Below, in pieces: positions 18,650 to 28,000 of a DNA stretch of 64,000 nt. The first letter of the stretch is position 1. Each line of letters opens with the position of its first letter. This DNA comes from a virus. Location of the stretch: IMG/VR virus record IMGVR_UViG_3300049489_000477, positions 1-64,000 of that record. One strand, 5' to 3'. A program made the position numbers and the translations under genes. The notes beneath the pieces were generated by a model. The model was not told the origin of the DNA and did not search any database. It saw only the letters and a list, made by a program, of their open reading frames with translations.

Positions 18650-19465
18650 TTATTTGAAGGGAATAATATAGTTATTCTTATTTATCCATTCTTGTGCATG
18701 TAACATGCTAGGAATTGTACCTAAATCGTGCCAGAAGCCCTTAAGAATGGTTGATGTCATCTTGTTATTCTGGACATACCAGTTATTCAAGTCCGATACT
18801 TCCAGTTCGCCTCGACCAGAAACAGTAAGTTTCGGAAGAAGATTAAACACATGTCCCGTAAAGAAGTATAAACCGGTTACGGCGTAATTGCTTTCTGGAT
18901 TCTTTGGTTTCTCAACAATCTTCGTTACTTTATCCCCGTCAATGGTCGCAACGCCAAATCGCTCAGGATCATGTACTTCCTTGAGAAAAACATGGGCTAT
19001 ATGTGTTGTATCGATACCATCTGATCTAAAAGAATTTGACCATACATAGTCACAGAACTTAGCAAATTCATCCTCGAAATTATTTTCATAGAAGTTATCA
19101 CCAAGTATAACCATAAACGGATCTATGGGGCTTACAACTCCCTCAATAAGTTTCATGGCGCTGGCAATGCCTACTGGTCTTGCTGGATCATTGTGATCTT
19201 GGACTTTATAGCAGATATCGACGCCGAAACGCCTACCATCACCAAGGAACTCCATGATGTCACCACAATGTTCCTGGGAAGAAACGATGATGATCCTATC
19301 GCAGCCACTTGCAACAAGAGTGTGAAGCGGATACCAGATCATGGGGATAGCCCCCTGTGGACCATATACAGGAAGTAGATGTTTATTCTGAATTTCTGTT
19401 TGTGGTGCAAGTCTTGTACCCCGTCCACCACTCAATATTACGCCGGTCTTTGGTTGCATACGCAT
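18650..19465 (-). CDS. rmlA: Glucose-1-phosphate thymidylyltransferase-like (RmlA/RfbA family) sugar nucleotidyltransferase
   Basis: GVILSGGRGTRLAP...NKHLLPVY, ILGDN, DPERFGVA, VEKPKNPESNYAVTGLYFF, SGRGELEVSD, WHDLGT; GGAGA RBS before the ATG at 19465. Confidence 0.85.
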   Translation of the reverse strand: MRMQPKTGVILSGGRGTRLAPQTEIQNKHLLPVYGPQGAIPMIWYPLHTLVASGCDRIIIVSSQEHCGDIMEFLGDGRRFGVDICYKVQDHNDPARPVGIASAMKLIEGVVSPIDPFMVILGDNFYENNFEDEFAKFCDYVWSNSFRSDGIDTTHIAHVFLKEVHDPERFGVATIDGDKVTKIVEKPKNPESNYAVTGLYFFTGHVFNLLPKLTVSGRGELEVSDLNNWYVQNNKMTSTILKGFWHDLGTIPSMLHAQEWINKNNYIIPFK

Positions 19466-19481
19466 AACAATCTCCACATAA

Positions 19482-19490
19482 ATTATAGCA
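19482..19490 (-). promoter_or_regulatory. Extended -10 type promoter (TGCTATAAT) for the rmlA-like gene
   Basis: TGnTATAAT between the terminator at 19499-19532 and the RBS. Confidence 0.45.
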
Positions 19491-19498
19491 TATATCAA

Positions 19499-19532
19499 AG
19501 AAAAACGCCAAGCTTTTGGCTTGGCGTTTTCT
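19499..19532. terminator. Intrinsic terminator hairpin (probably bidirectional)
   Basis: AGAAAAACGCCAAGC-tttt-GGCTTGGCGTTTTCT inverted repeat with A/T tails. Confidence 0.8.
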
Positions 19533-19552
19533 GCATTATATAAAAATTAAGC

Positions 19553-19756
19553 TTATATCATTTCTTTGAGCTTGGAACGATATTGAATCATCCAAGGAAC
19601 CTCATTCGCATTATCCATGCGACCCAATTCCATGTCTATAAGTTGCTTGGCATTAGCTATCATGACGCGACCCGATTGCTTTGGAAACCGCTTACGGACT
19701 TCCTTTTCAAGCGTAACGACATCATCGTAAAGCTTATCTTTATCTGCTACTTTCAT
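19553..19756 (-). CDS. Small hypothetical protein
   Basis: Likely start MKVADKDK at 19756 with strong AGGAGGA RBS, and TATAAT upstream. Confidence 0.65.
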   Translation of the reverse strand: MKVADKDKLYDDVVTLEKEVRKRFPKQSGRVMIANAKQLIDMELGRMDNANEVPWMIQYRSKLKEMI

Positions 19757-19787
19757 ATATTCCTCCTGGTTAGCATGGTTATTATAC

Positions 19788-19809
19788 TCTTGATTTTTAA
19801 AAATCAAGA
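19788..19809. promoter_or_regulatory. Perfect 22-bp palindrome (operator-like) next to a TATAAT box
   Basis: TCTTGATTTTTAAAAATCAAGA is its own reverse complement; minus-strand TATAAT at 19781-19786. Confidence 0.55.
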
Positions 19810-19815
19810 AAATCT

Positions 19816-20823
19816 CTAAAAGCTTTCTTTTACAAGTGTTATGGCATTTTTTACAGCTATGTCCATATCAATATATGCATTCGTGCCAAGCCGTCCAGCT
19901 AAAATCATATTCGGAAATTCCTTTTTTACCATGTCCCTAATTCTTAAATAGGTATCTGTATTATCATTGGTTGGAATTGGATAAAATGGTGTCTTGTCTG
20001 GAACCATTGCAGCTTTGGGTGTTTCATAAGTAACTATTTTTGAATACGATTTATAGACATGTCCAAAATAGGATTTGCGGGTATATGGTGTTTTTAAATG
20101 ACAGAAGTTTACAACGGTTGCTGGTGAGTCCCATGGTTCATGCTTGAATGTAAAATCCAAGTTTCGATATTGCAGCCAATCGCCACGCATCGCCCCAAGC
20201 TTCAAATTACCTATCTGTATGTGATCTGGACGCCCGCAGTATATGATCTTTTTTGCTGGTATGCCTTGCCAGTAATTGCAATCGACTCCTAGCATGATAT
20301 CGACGCCTTGAAGCATCTTATTCATCATTTTGGTATAGCCACGCTTTGGTAATGCTGTAAATTGCCCTTCAAAATAGTTAGATACTTCTTTTGTATCTTT
20401 AGGAATTCGTCGTGTTATTGCTGATGGTAATTCGTCCCATGTCGTGCCCCACATCTTTTGAGAGTATGGTTTGAAAAATGTATCAATAACTTGAGTCTCG
20501 TTGAGTGTCTTACCCAATGCCGCTGCTGTTTCCTTTGAATATGGGAACGGAACACGAATGCCTGGTTCTATCTCGGCTTCTACAGTATGTTGGTATGGAA
20601 TCCATTCGGTGTAATTGGAAAGAAGATCGACTACATCGGGAAACTTCGAGTGAAAAATATGCGGACCATATCGGTGAATATAACCACCATTGCTGGAGTA
20701 ATCATAACAATTGCCGCCTATGTGATCACGAATATCAACGACAAGTATCTTATACTTGTGCTTACATAAAGCACAGATTGTCGCTGCGGTGATTCCAGAG
20801 CCAATAATGAGAATGTCCAACAT
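19816..20823 (-). CDS. glf: UDP-galactopyranose mutase
   Basis: FAD motif ILIIGSGITAA, DHIGGNCYD, IHRYGPHIFH, YSQKMWG, PFYPIP, AGRLGTNAYIDMD. Confidence 0.9.
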   Translation of the reverse strand: MLDILIIGSGITAATICALCKHKYKILVVDIRDHIGGNCYDYSSNGGYIHRYGPHIFHSKFPDVVDLLSNYTEWIPYQHTVEAEIEPGIRVPFPYSKETAAALGKTLNETQVIDTFFKPYSQKMWGTTWDELPSAITRRIPKDTKEVSNYFEGQFTALPKRGYTKMMNKMLQGVDIMLGVDCNYWQGIPAKKIIYCGRPDHIQIGNLKLGAMRGDWLQYRNLDFTFKHEPWDSPATVVNFCHLKTPYTRKSYFGHVYKSYSKIVTYETPKAAMVPDKTPFYPIPTNDNTDTYLRIRDMVKKEFPNMILAGRLGTNAYIDMDIAVKNAITLVKESF

Positions 20824-21546
20824 TTATATCCTCGTATGCTTCCAGCCTTTTTTCTTGAATTGGAATGTCTTATATTTATGTCCGAATATTTCGGCAACAT
20901 ACCAAAGGAAGGTATCTTGTGATACACGATATTCTTTACTGCTTATTGATGGCAACTTATATATGGTTTCGTCATAATGGACATGTTTAGCCATCTGCGC
21001 TGACCATTCTGTTTTACACAGGAACAACCATGAAATAATGCGTTTGTGATAAATCTTTTTCTCTGATGGATCGAATGGTAGATTCAAAGGAGCTTTTGAT
21101 CCGACAAATCCTTTATCTTTAGCCCATTCATCCAACAACTCAACAGCATTGGCTGGCTTAGTGGATCCCCAAGGATTGGTAATGAACACATAGTCCTTTT
21201 CAAGCCATGATTCATCGAACCACTTCTGATTGTCTGTTGCTATACAGTCCGTGTCGATTTTTAAGTACCATGGGGTTTTTACATGAATGCCTGGCAGAAC
21301 AGTCAGTGCTGTTAGCATCTTTTCGCGCTGCGATTGATATAAGTGCAACGGATCTTCCCAGCTAACATATTCAACTTGTAAGTTTTTAAATATTTCGAAA
21401 CGATCCTCTGATGGAGTGACTTGTGACTTATCGAAAATTACAAGAAACTTATACTTATCGAAATTTTTATACTTTATCCAAGTCGGCAAAGAGACTTGCA
21501 GTTCATCAAGATGCTGATTATCGACGGCAAGAACGATGGTTATCAT
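20824..21546 (-). CDS. GT-A fold glycosyltransferase
   Basis: IVLAVD N-terminal strand, WYLKIDTDC (DxD), SQDTFLW; ATGA overlap with the upstream gene gives a start at 21546. Confidence 0.65.
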   Translation of the reverse strand: MITIVLAVDNQHLDELQVSLPTWIKYKNFDKYKFLVIFDKSQVTPSEDRFEIFKNLQVEYVSWEDPLHLYQSQREKMLTALTVLPGIHVKTPWYLKIDTDCIATDNQKWFDESWLEKDYVFITNPWGSTKPANAVELLDEWAKDKGFVGSKAPLNLPFDPSEKKIYHKRIISWLFLCKTEWSAQMAKHVHYDETIYKLPSISSKEYRVSQDTFLWYVAEIFGHKYKTFQFKKKGWKHTRI

Positions 21547-22445
21547 AAGATAAATTCCTGGTAGCACTCAAACGGTAGGTTGGGTTGTGTCTGCAATACT
21601 TCGTATACTCCACCAGTTGCCGTCAACTCCCACATCTTCGCATCGGGTACTAAACCAGAATTATAGAATTCATGTAGATATGCCATCCATAACCTGGATG
21701 ATCTACGGCGTTTCTCGTACCGCACATCAGCCTCGCCGCCACCAAATGAGCCGCCATGGTAATGAACAATGTGATTATCTTCGATGTGGCTTAAATCACC
21801 TATCTTGGCAGATGCGTTGTATGTCGAATCAGCTATGTATGGTGATGTCTCTGAGACAATCAATGCATGTGCGGCTATTTCATCGGCTATGTGTTTACCA
21901 GCAAGCTTTTCGGTTACATTCTCCCATAACTCCAATGACTTAGTAGCCTTATTAGTAAAGCCCATAACGCCAATATTAACTGCTGGGTATCCAGCCGATA
22001 AACGATTCAATAGCTTTTCGTCCAAGATGCCTTTCATCTGCGACATTCTCGCACCCATGATCTTACCATCCGTTCTCCAATTGCAGAAATGTGTTAAGAG
22101 AACACCATTACCTTCAAGTGGATTCCACAATTCATCAAATGGCTTCAAGAACAGAAGATCCCCGTCGCACATGATGACCGACTCGTATCCCATGGAAAAC
22201 AGCTTCTTGAAGAGACTTGGTTTGATTGCACTCTTGGTATTTCGTTTAATATGGGCAAAGTCGGTCCATATGATGTTGACATGTAAATTGTGGACCTGTT
22301 GAGCCAGTTTCTTATTTGATTCATCGTTATTAGCCAACATCCACACGATTTCGCCCGTGTAGTGTTTACGCAATGTATATGTGGCTACCAGAAGCTCAAG
22401 TATACATTTACTTCCAAAGTTGAAAAAGGCTATGCATCGTTTCAT
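21543..22445 (-). CDS. GT8-like glycosyltransferase
   Basis: VIMCDGDLLF (DxD), NIGVMGF, DEIA, YNA, IVHYHG; ATGA overlap gives a start at 22445. Confidence 0.7.
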   Translation of the reverse strand: MKRCIAFFNFGSKCILELLVATYTLRKHYTGEIVWMLANNDESNKKLAQQVHNLHVNIIWTDFAHIKRNTKSAIKPSLFKKLFSMGYESVIMCDGDLLFLKPFDELWNPLEGNGVLLTHFCNWRTDGKIMGARMSQMKGILDEKLLNRLSAGYPAVNIGVMGFTNKATKSLELWENVTEKLAGKHIADEIAAHALIVSETSPYIADSTYNASAKIGDLSHIEDNHIVHYHGGSFGGGEADVRYEKRRRSSRLWMAYLHEFYNSGLVPDAKMWELTATGGVYEVLQTQPNLPFECYQEFIL

Positions 22446-22729
22446 GGTGTTCCTATACTTTCGCAAATGTATTCGAGATTTTCATTGAACTCTGAATCTT
22501 CTGTGTCTATTGTATCGTCGCGTAATGTGACGCATTTTACACCGCTTCTTTTTGGACTAAAGAAGAATTCCACTTTATCTGGATACAATTCAATATCGAA
22601 GTAGTATTTCTTCGTACTCCAGGCAATGCCTTTGCCTCCGTTTTGGAGGTCAATAACATCGGTAGGCGGCGTGCCTTTGTTGGTCATGTATGTGATTACA
22701 TAATCAAATAACAACTCTATGTTATTCAC
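22442..22729 (-). CDS. Hypothetical protein within the glycan cluster
   Basis: Overlaps both neighbours by 4 nt (GTGA / ATGA), indicating translational coupling. Confidence 0.55.
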   Translation of the reverse strand: MNNIELLFDYVITYMTNKGTPPTDVIDLQNGGKGIAWSTKKYYFDIELYPDKVEFFFSPKRSGVKCVTLRDDTIDTEDSEFNENLEYICESIGTP

Positions 22730-23976
22730 TTGATGATGCCCCATATCTTATTTTTAACTTCTTCACATGCTCTAAAAGATTGGCGAGCAGATGTGATGGC
22801 ATTTTCCAATGCTTCTAGATGTTCTAGTTTTCTATCTGGCATCATTTTATACATGTCGCGTTGATGCTTTAAATCATTCAGACGCTTGCGGTGACCGTCT
22901 AATTCTTTTTTGATGTTCGCTTTATCTTCCTCGGTGAATTCCTTTTTTGATAAATCGATGTTACTCCAAGTCAAATTCGTTTGTGGAGGTGGAATGCCTT
23001 GTAACGGTGGTCCTTTTTTGGCTTTTTCTTTATCTTGTGCTTTTCTATCGTATAAACCAGCGGTTCTTTCCGTTACTATGTTTGGCATTTCGGCGGTTGC
23101 TATCGTAATGGCTTCATCGAATGGAATGTGTGGAAACACTTTTAATCCAGAGTCTGGATTGCAGTTGAATACTTTTAAACCAACCTTTTCGAAGTGTGGT
23201 ACCAATGCCTCGAATCGTGCCTTTAAAATATTGTATGTTGAGTTGTTTCCGCGCTGTGATGACGGTGACCTGTCCTGATCGAAGTGATATTTCGTATTAT
23301 CGTCCATTTTGAAGTCACAGCCAAGTAAGAATATCTTTCTAATGCCAAGATAATACAATAGCTTTATCGCAACCAACATAACGGATCGACCACCCTTGTT
23401 ACCAAGCTCATCCAAAGAATCTGAATGCTCACCCCAATTGAATGTGCCTTCATTAAGCCACTGATCGGGTGCAAAGTGTTCATTTCTTCTGTAATATAAA
23501 ACATTCGGGCATTCCCCTGTAACTATGTCCATCTCTGTCCATGCTTCATTATCAAATATCTTCTTTTCGGAATGATCGAACGGTACGAATTTTGTTATTT
23601 TTGGATCCAACCAGATGGACTTTATAAAGTTCCCCGGATCATCCACCATTGTCCATAAATTTGTGCGGAATGTTTTAGGAGCATTATTCGTCGCCATTGT
23701 GACGAAGCCGGGGTGGTTCAATAAATCTTTATTGGGTGTCTCTACCCCTCTAAAAACACTTGACCCTTTTAGAAGTTCACCGAAAGATGGACCACCAAGA
23801 ACAAGAAAAGCTGCTCTGCCACGGTATATGTCACCCATAAACACATTCAGACCATCTCGATTAAAAAGTAACGGAGGTGGTTGGATGTATTGACCAGTAG
23901 GAAACCCCAGATTTCTGTCTCGGTTGTGGCGCAATCTCGCATGATCATTCAAATCAAGTCGCTTACTCTGTCCCAT
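22726..23976 (-). CDS. Maf/DUF115 (MptE-like) family glycosyltransferase-like protein with C-terminal coiled coil
   Basis: AFLVLGGPS, MATNNA, GGRSVMLVAIKLLYYLGIRKIFLLGCDF and VFNCNPDSGL match the Maf/sialyltransferase-like pattern. Confidence 0.65.
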   Translation of the reverse strand: MGQSKRLDLNDHARLRHNRDRNLGFPTGQYIQPPPLLFNRDGLNVFMGDIYRGRAAFLVLGGPSFGELLKGSSVFRGVETPNKDLLNHPGFVTMATNNAPKTFRTNLWTMVDDPGNFIKSIWLDPKITKFVPFDHSEKKIFDNEAWTEMDIVTGECPNVLYYRRNEHFAPDQWLNEGTFNWGEHSDSLDELGNKGGRSVMLVAIKLLYYLGIRKIFLLGCDFKMDDNTKYHFDQDRSPSSQRGNNSTYNILKARFEALVPHFEKVGLKVFNCNPDSGLKVFPHIPFDEAITIATAEMPNIVTERTAGLYDRKAQDKEKAKKGPPLQGIPPPQTNLTWSNIDLSKKEFTEEDKANIKKELDGHRKRLNDLKHQRDMYKMMPDRKLEHLEALENAITSARQSFRACEEVKNKIWGIIK

Positions 23977-24038
23977 TCGACTATTATATAATAAAATTCC
24001 ACAATGAAAGATATAATATTATAATAACAGCAATGTTT

Positions 24039-24046
24039 TATAAATA
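24039..24046 (+). promoter_or_regulatory. T4-type late promoter TATAAATA
   Basis: Exact octamer followed by GAGGT RBS and the ATG at 24062. Confidence 0.75.
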
Positions 24047-24061
24047 ATGAAGAGGTAATAT

Positions 24062-24598
24062 ATGGCTGGATTAAGACATAACGGATTGTTTTTAAATCCA
24101 ATAACAGTAGCTCCGAGTAGCCAAAATGGCGAATGGATCATATATGCCAATGCCGCCCAGGTATATACCAAAGATCCGTCTGGTGGAATTGATGCCTTGG
24201 CTGATATTGCGTATTTGGAACAAAATTATACATCGCTTGTTGCCACCCACTCATTAACTGGTCAGCTACACACATTGATAACCGTCACTTCGGGTGGCGT
24301 ATCCGATACCATTGGTACGGGAACGACTACTATCGTAGCTCAAGAAACTATCGTTCCAAACACATCAGGAACCCGTGATCTTGGCTCTGTTTCCAATCCG
24401 TGGCGCGACATATATCTTATGAATTCAACCATTCACATGGGTGGTTCTACTATTGGTGTCAGCGGCACAATCAGTGGTTCAAAAATAATGTTCAACGGAG
24501 CTTTAATCGAAAATAGTGCATACAGCAAATACACCATACAAGTTGGTTCGTTTAGCGACCCCGGCGGTGAAGATGGTGATATTGTTTATGTGATATAA
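24062..24598 (+). CDS. Short fibre/adaptor-like virion protein
   Basis: IVPNTSGTRDLGSVSNPWRDIYL fibre motif; C-terminal DPGGEDGDIVYV motif. Confidence 0.65.
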   Translation: MAGLRHNGLFLNPITVAPSSQNGEWIIYANAAQVYTKDPSGGIDALADIAYLEQNYTSLVATHSLTGQLHTLITVTSGGVSDTIGTGTTTIVAQETIVPNTSGTRDLGSVSNPWRDIYLMNSTIHMGGSTIGVSGTISGSKIMFNGALIENSAYSKYTIQVGSFSDPGGEDGDIVYVI

Positions 24599-24616
24599 TG
24601 TATATCACATCTTTAT

Positions 24617-25069
24617 ATGGAGACTAACATGGATAATACATCGTATCAAATCTCATCACCCGACACGTTTGTGGTTACTGATTCGTTGGATAACGAAAGA
24701 AACGATTTGATGAATAAGATACTTGGTGAAAATGTGGCGGTTTCAATTGGTAATTATATTTTTATACCACCACTCAATAATCCTAAAGTTACTTCACCAG
24801 AAAAAACTTATGAACTTATAAAGAATCCAAATTTCACAGAAAATTATATACGGACACCAATCGACATTGATGGTGAAAATGTTATTTTTATGACCCACAT
24901 TTCCCGCATCGTGCATGAAGGTCAACCATCAAGTGTTAGCGTTTATTCAGTAGATAAATTCAACGAGAACGATTTACGCATTGCTTTCAAAAACGAATTC
25001 CCACAGACCCTGGTTGAAGTCATTGCTCTCTACACGGATTATAAGAAATCTATAGAGCATAAGGATTAA
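24617..25069 (+). CDS. Hypothetical protein with its own promoter-like element
   Basis: 150-aa ORF (start possibly the ATG at 24629 after GGAGA); non-fibre composition. Confidence 0.6.
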   Translation: METNMDNTSYQISSPDTFVVTDSLDNERNDLMNKILGENVAVSIGNYIFIPPLNNPKVTSPEKTYELIKNPNFTENYIRTPIDIDGENVIFMTHISRIVHEGQPSSVSVYSVDKFNENDLRIAFKNEFPQTLVEVIALYTDYKKSIEHKD

Positions 25070-25070
25070 C

Positions 25071-28000
25071 ATGCCATTACGAAAGAAAGATTCTGGTGTA
25101 TGGGCTGAAGTCAATGAAATGTGGATTAAAGACACCACATGGAAAGATATTCAAGAGGGTTGGATAAAATCTGGTGGAGTTTGGAGCCAATTTTTTTCTA
25201 AAACATTGCCATTTTTGTTGTATGTTGGTGGTGATTTTACGACCGTCAGTGCGTCGGCTCGAAATAGAATAGTATCGACCGATAAAGAAAATGTATTACA
25301 AGGATTTAACCCGAATGCTGGAGCCGCTGTTTATACAATTTTGCCTAGTGGCTCTACTATTTTCATAGGCGGCTCATTTATCACCATGGGTGGTGTGACA
25401 CGAAACAGAGTTGCATCTGTACAGATAGATAGTATTTCTGGAGTTTTAACTGCATGGAACCCAAACTGTAATGGTGGACCTGTGCAAGCATTGGTTGCTG
25501 ATGATACTTCCGTATATATTGGTGGATCAGCATTTGGAACAGTCGGTGGTGTTACACAAAACCGCATTGCAAAAGTAACATCGGACACGGGATCTGTTAT
25601 TTCTCTAAAACATCATTTAACCGGCGATAACGTGTACGCTCTTGATATTGATAACGATAAGAATATTTACATTGGTGGTGGTATGACTTTGGTGTATGGC
25701 GAAGATAGAAATAGAGTATTGTCTACGAATATGAACAATGGTCTTATTTCTAGCTTCAATCCAAATGCTGGCAGCACCGTATATAGTCTCTTACCAAGCG
25801 GCTCTACCTTGTTTATAGGTGGTGCATTTACCACCATGAGTGGAGTGACACGAAACCGAGTTGCCTCTGTGGTACTGGATGGTATTTCTGGATCATTAAC
25901 CGCATGGAATCCAAACTGTAACGGTGGACCTGTACGAGCATTGGTTGCCGATGATGCTACGGTATATATTGGTGGTGATGCATTTGGTACGGTTGGTGGT
26001 GTTACACAAAACCGTATCACAAAAGTAACATCAGACACGGGAGCCGTAATTTCTTTAAAACATCATTTAGCTGCTGATAACGTATCTTCTGTTGATATTG
26101 ACAGTGATAAGAATGTTTACATCGGTGGCGGCATGACTATAGTATACGGTGAGACTAGAAACCGAGCATTATCTACGAATATGAATAATGGTCTTATTTC
26201 TAGTTTTCATCCAAACTCTAATGGTGCAGTAAATACTATTTTACCTAGCGGTACCACCATTTTCATTGGTGGTGCATATACCACGCTCCAAGGAACGGCA
26301 CGAAGTAGAGTCGGAGCTATACAATTGGATGGTATTTCTGGTACATTAACCGCATGGAATCCAAACTGCAATGGTGAAGTCAAATGCCTTGTTGCAAAAG
26401 ATACATTGGTACTTATAGGTGGATTGTTTTCGACAGTTAATGGTGTTGCAACAAGTAGATTTTCTCCAGTCACCTCTGATGTAGGAACGAAAATTCCACT
26501 TTCAAAATATCCAAATAATGATGTGTATTCCATCAGCGTTAGTGGAGATTCGATATATTTAGGTGGTACATTCGCATCAACAAACGATGAAGTAAGAAAA
26601 TATGCACTTTCTGTAAACACGCTAAATAGTAAATTATTAGGGTTCAATCCAAATGCTAACGCTGATGTAGTTACCATTTTGCCAAGCAGTACAACCATTT
26701 TCATGGGTGGGTCGTTTACCACACTCCAAGGAACAACACGAAATAGAGCAGGGGCTATACTATTGGACGGAATTTCCGGCACAGTAACATCGTGGAATCC
26801 AAACTGTGGTTCTACAGTCAATGCTTTGGCGGTCAGTGAGCTTGGAATTTATCTGGGTGGCGCATTTACAACAGTTGGAGGAGCTACATCAAATGGTTTG
26901 ACCGAAGTAAATGCTTCAAATGGAGGTATTGTCAGAAAACCAAAATGGACATCTTCTACTACTATACAATGTGTTCATGTCAGTGGTAGTAATGTATTTG
27001 TTGGTGGAACATTTACATCAGTAGCAATTTCAGCTAGTTCATATCTATGCTCTTCTGATATTTCTGGTAATAAAGCTAACCAAGATTTCGTAGCAATATG
27101 CAATAATACGGTTACATGTTCTTCTATAATAGGAAGCAACTTATATATTGGCGGTCAATTTACCAGTGTTGGTGGTTTGACAAGAAATCGTTTGGCTAAA
27201 GTTTCGTTGTCAACTGGCGCGGTAGATACTTGGAATCCAAATGCTGGTGGAAATGTCATATGTATGGCAGCCGATAGTAGTAATATATATGTGGGTGGTC
27301 AGTTTACGACTCTCGGTGGTATTCCTAGAATAAAATTAGGTAAAATAAGCGACACTGGTACTATTTCAGCAACATGGACACCAAGTGCTTCCAATGATGT
27401 TTTTTCATTATTTTTACGAGAAGGAGAAGAATACATATATATCGGCGGAACATTTGCTCTTATGAATCTAACCGTGACGAGAAACAACGGTGCAAATGTT
27501 TCAACGACTGCTGGTACTTTAGGAAGTTGGGATCCAAATTGTAATGGTGTTATACGCGCAATTTATGTAACTGATTCATATGTGTACATAGGTGGTGACT
27601 TTACAGCCGTTAATGGTGGAACGGGAAGAAACAGAATAGCTGCAACTGATAAAACAAATGGAACACTTATCGGTTGGAATCCTAACTGTGGTAACAATGT
27701 TTATTGTATAACAAAAAACTCATCCACAATATACTTTGGTGGAATATTCGGTACGGTAAACAGTGTAACTAGAAATTATGCTGGAGCGTGGACAGAAGCA
27801 GTAAACACAACTGGTGTTGGTACATTATCATCATGGAATCCTAACTGTGGTGGTAATGTCTACTCGATGTGTGTTGCTAATGGTGGTGTGCATTTAGGTG
27901 GAACATTTACGACCGTGAATACTTTATCGTATAATAATATTGTAAAAGTTGCTTTGGATACGGGAGGAATAGATAATCTTTTTAATTTTTATGTAACACA

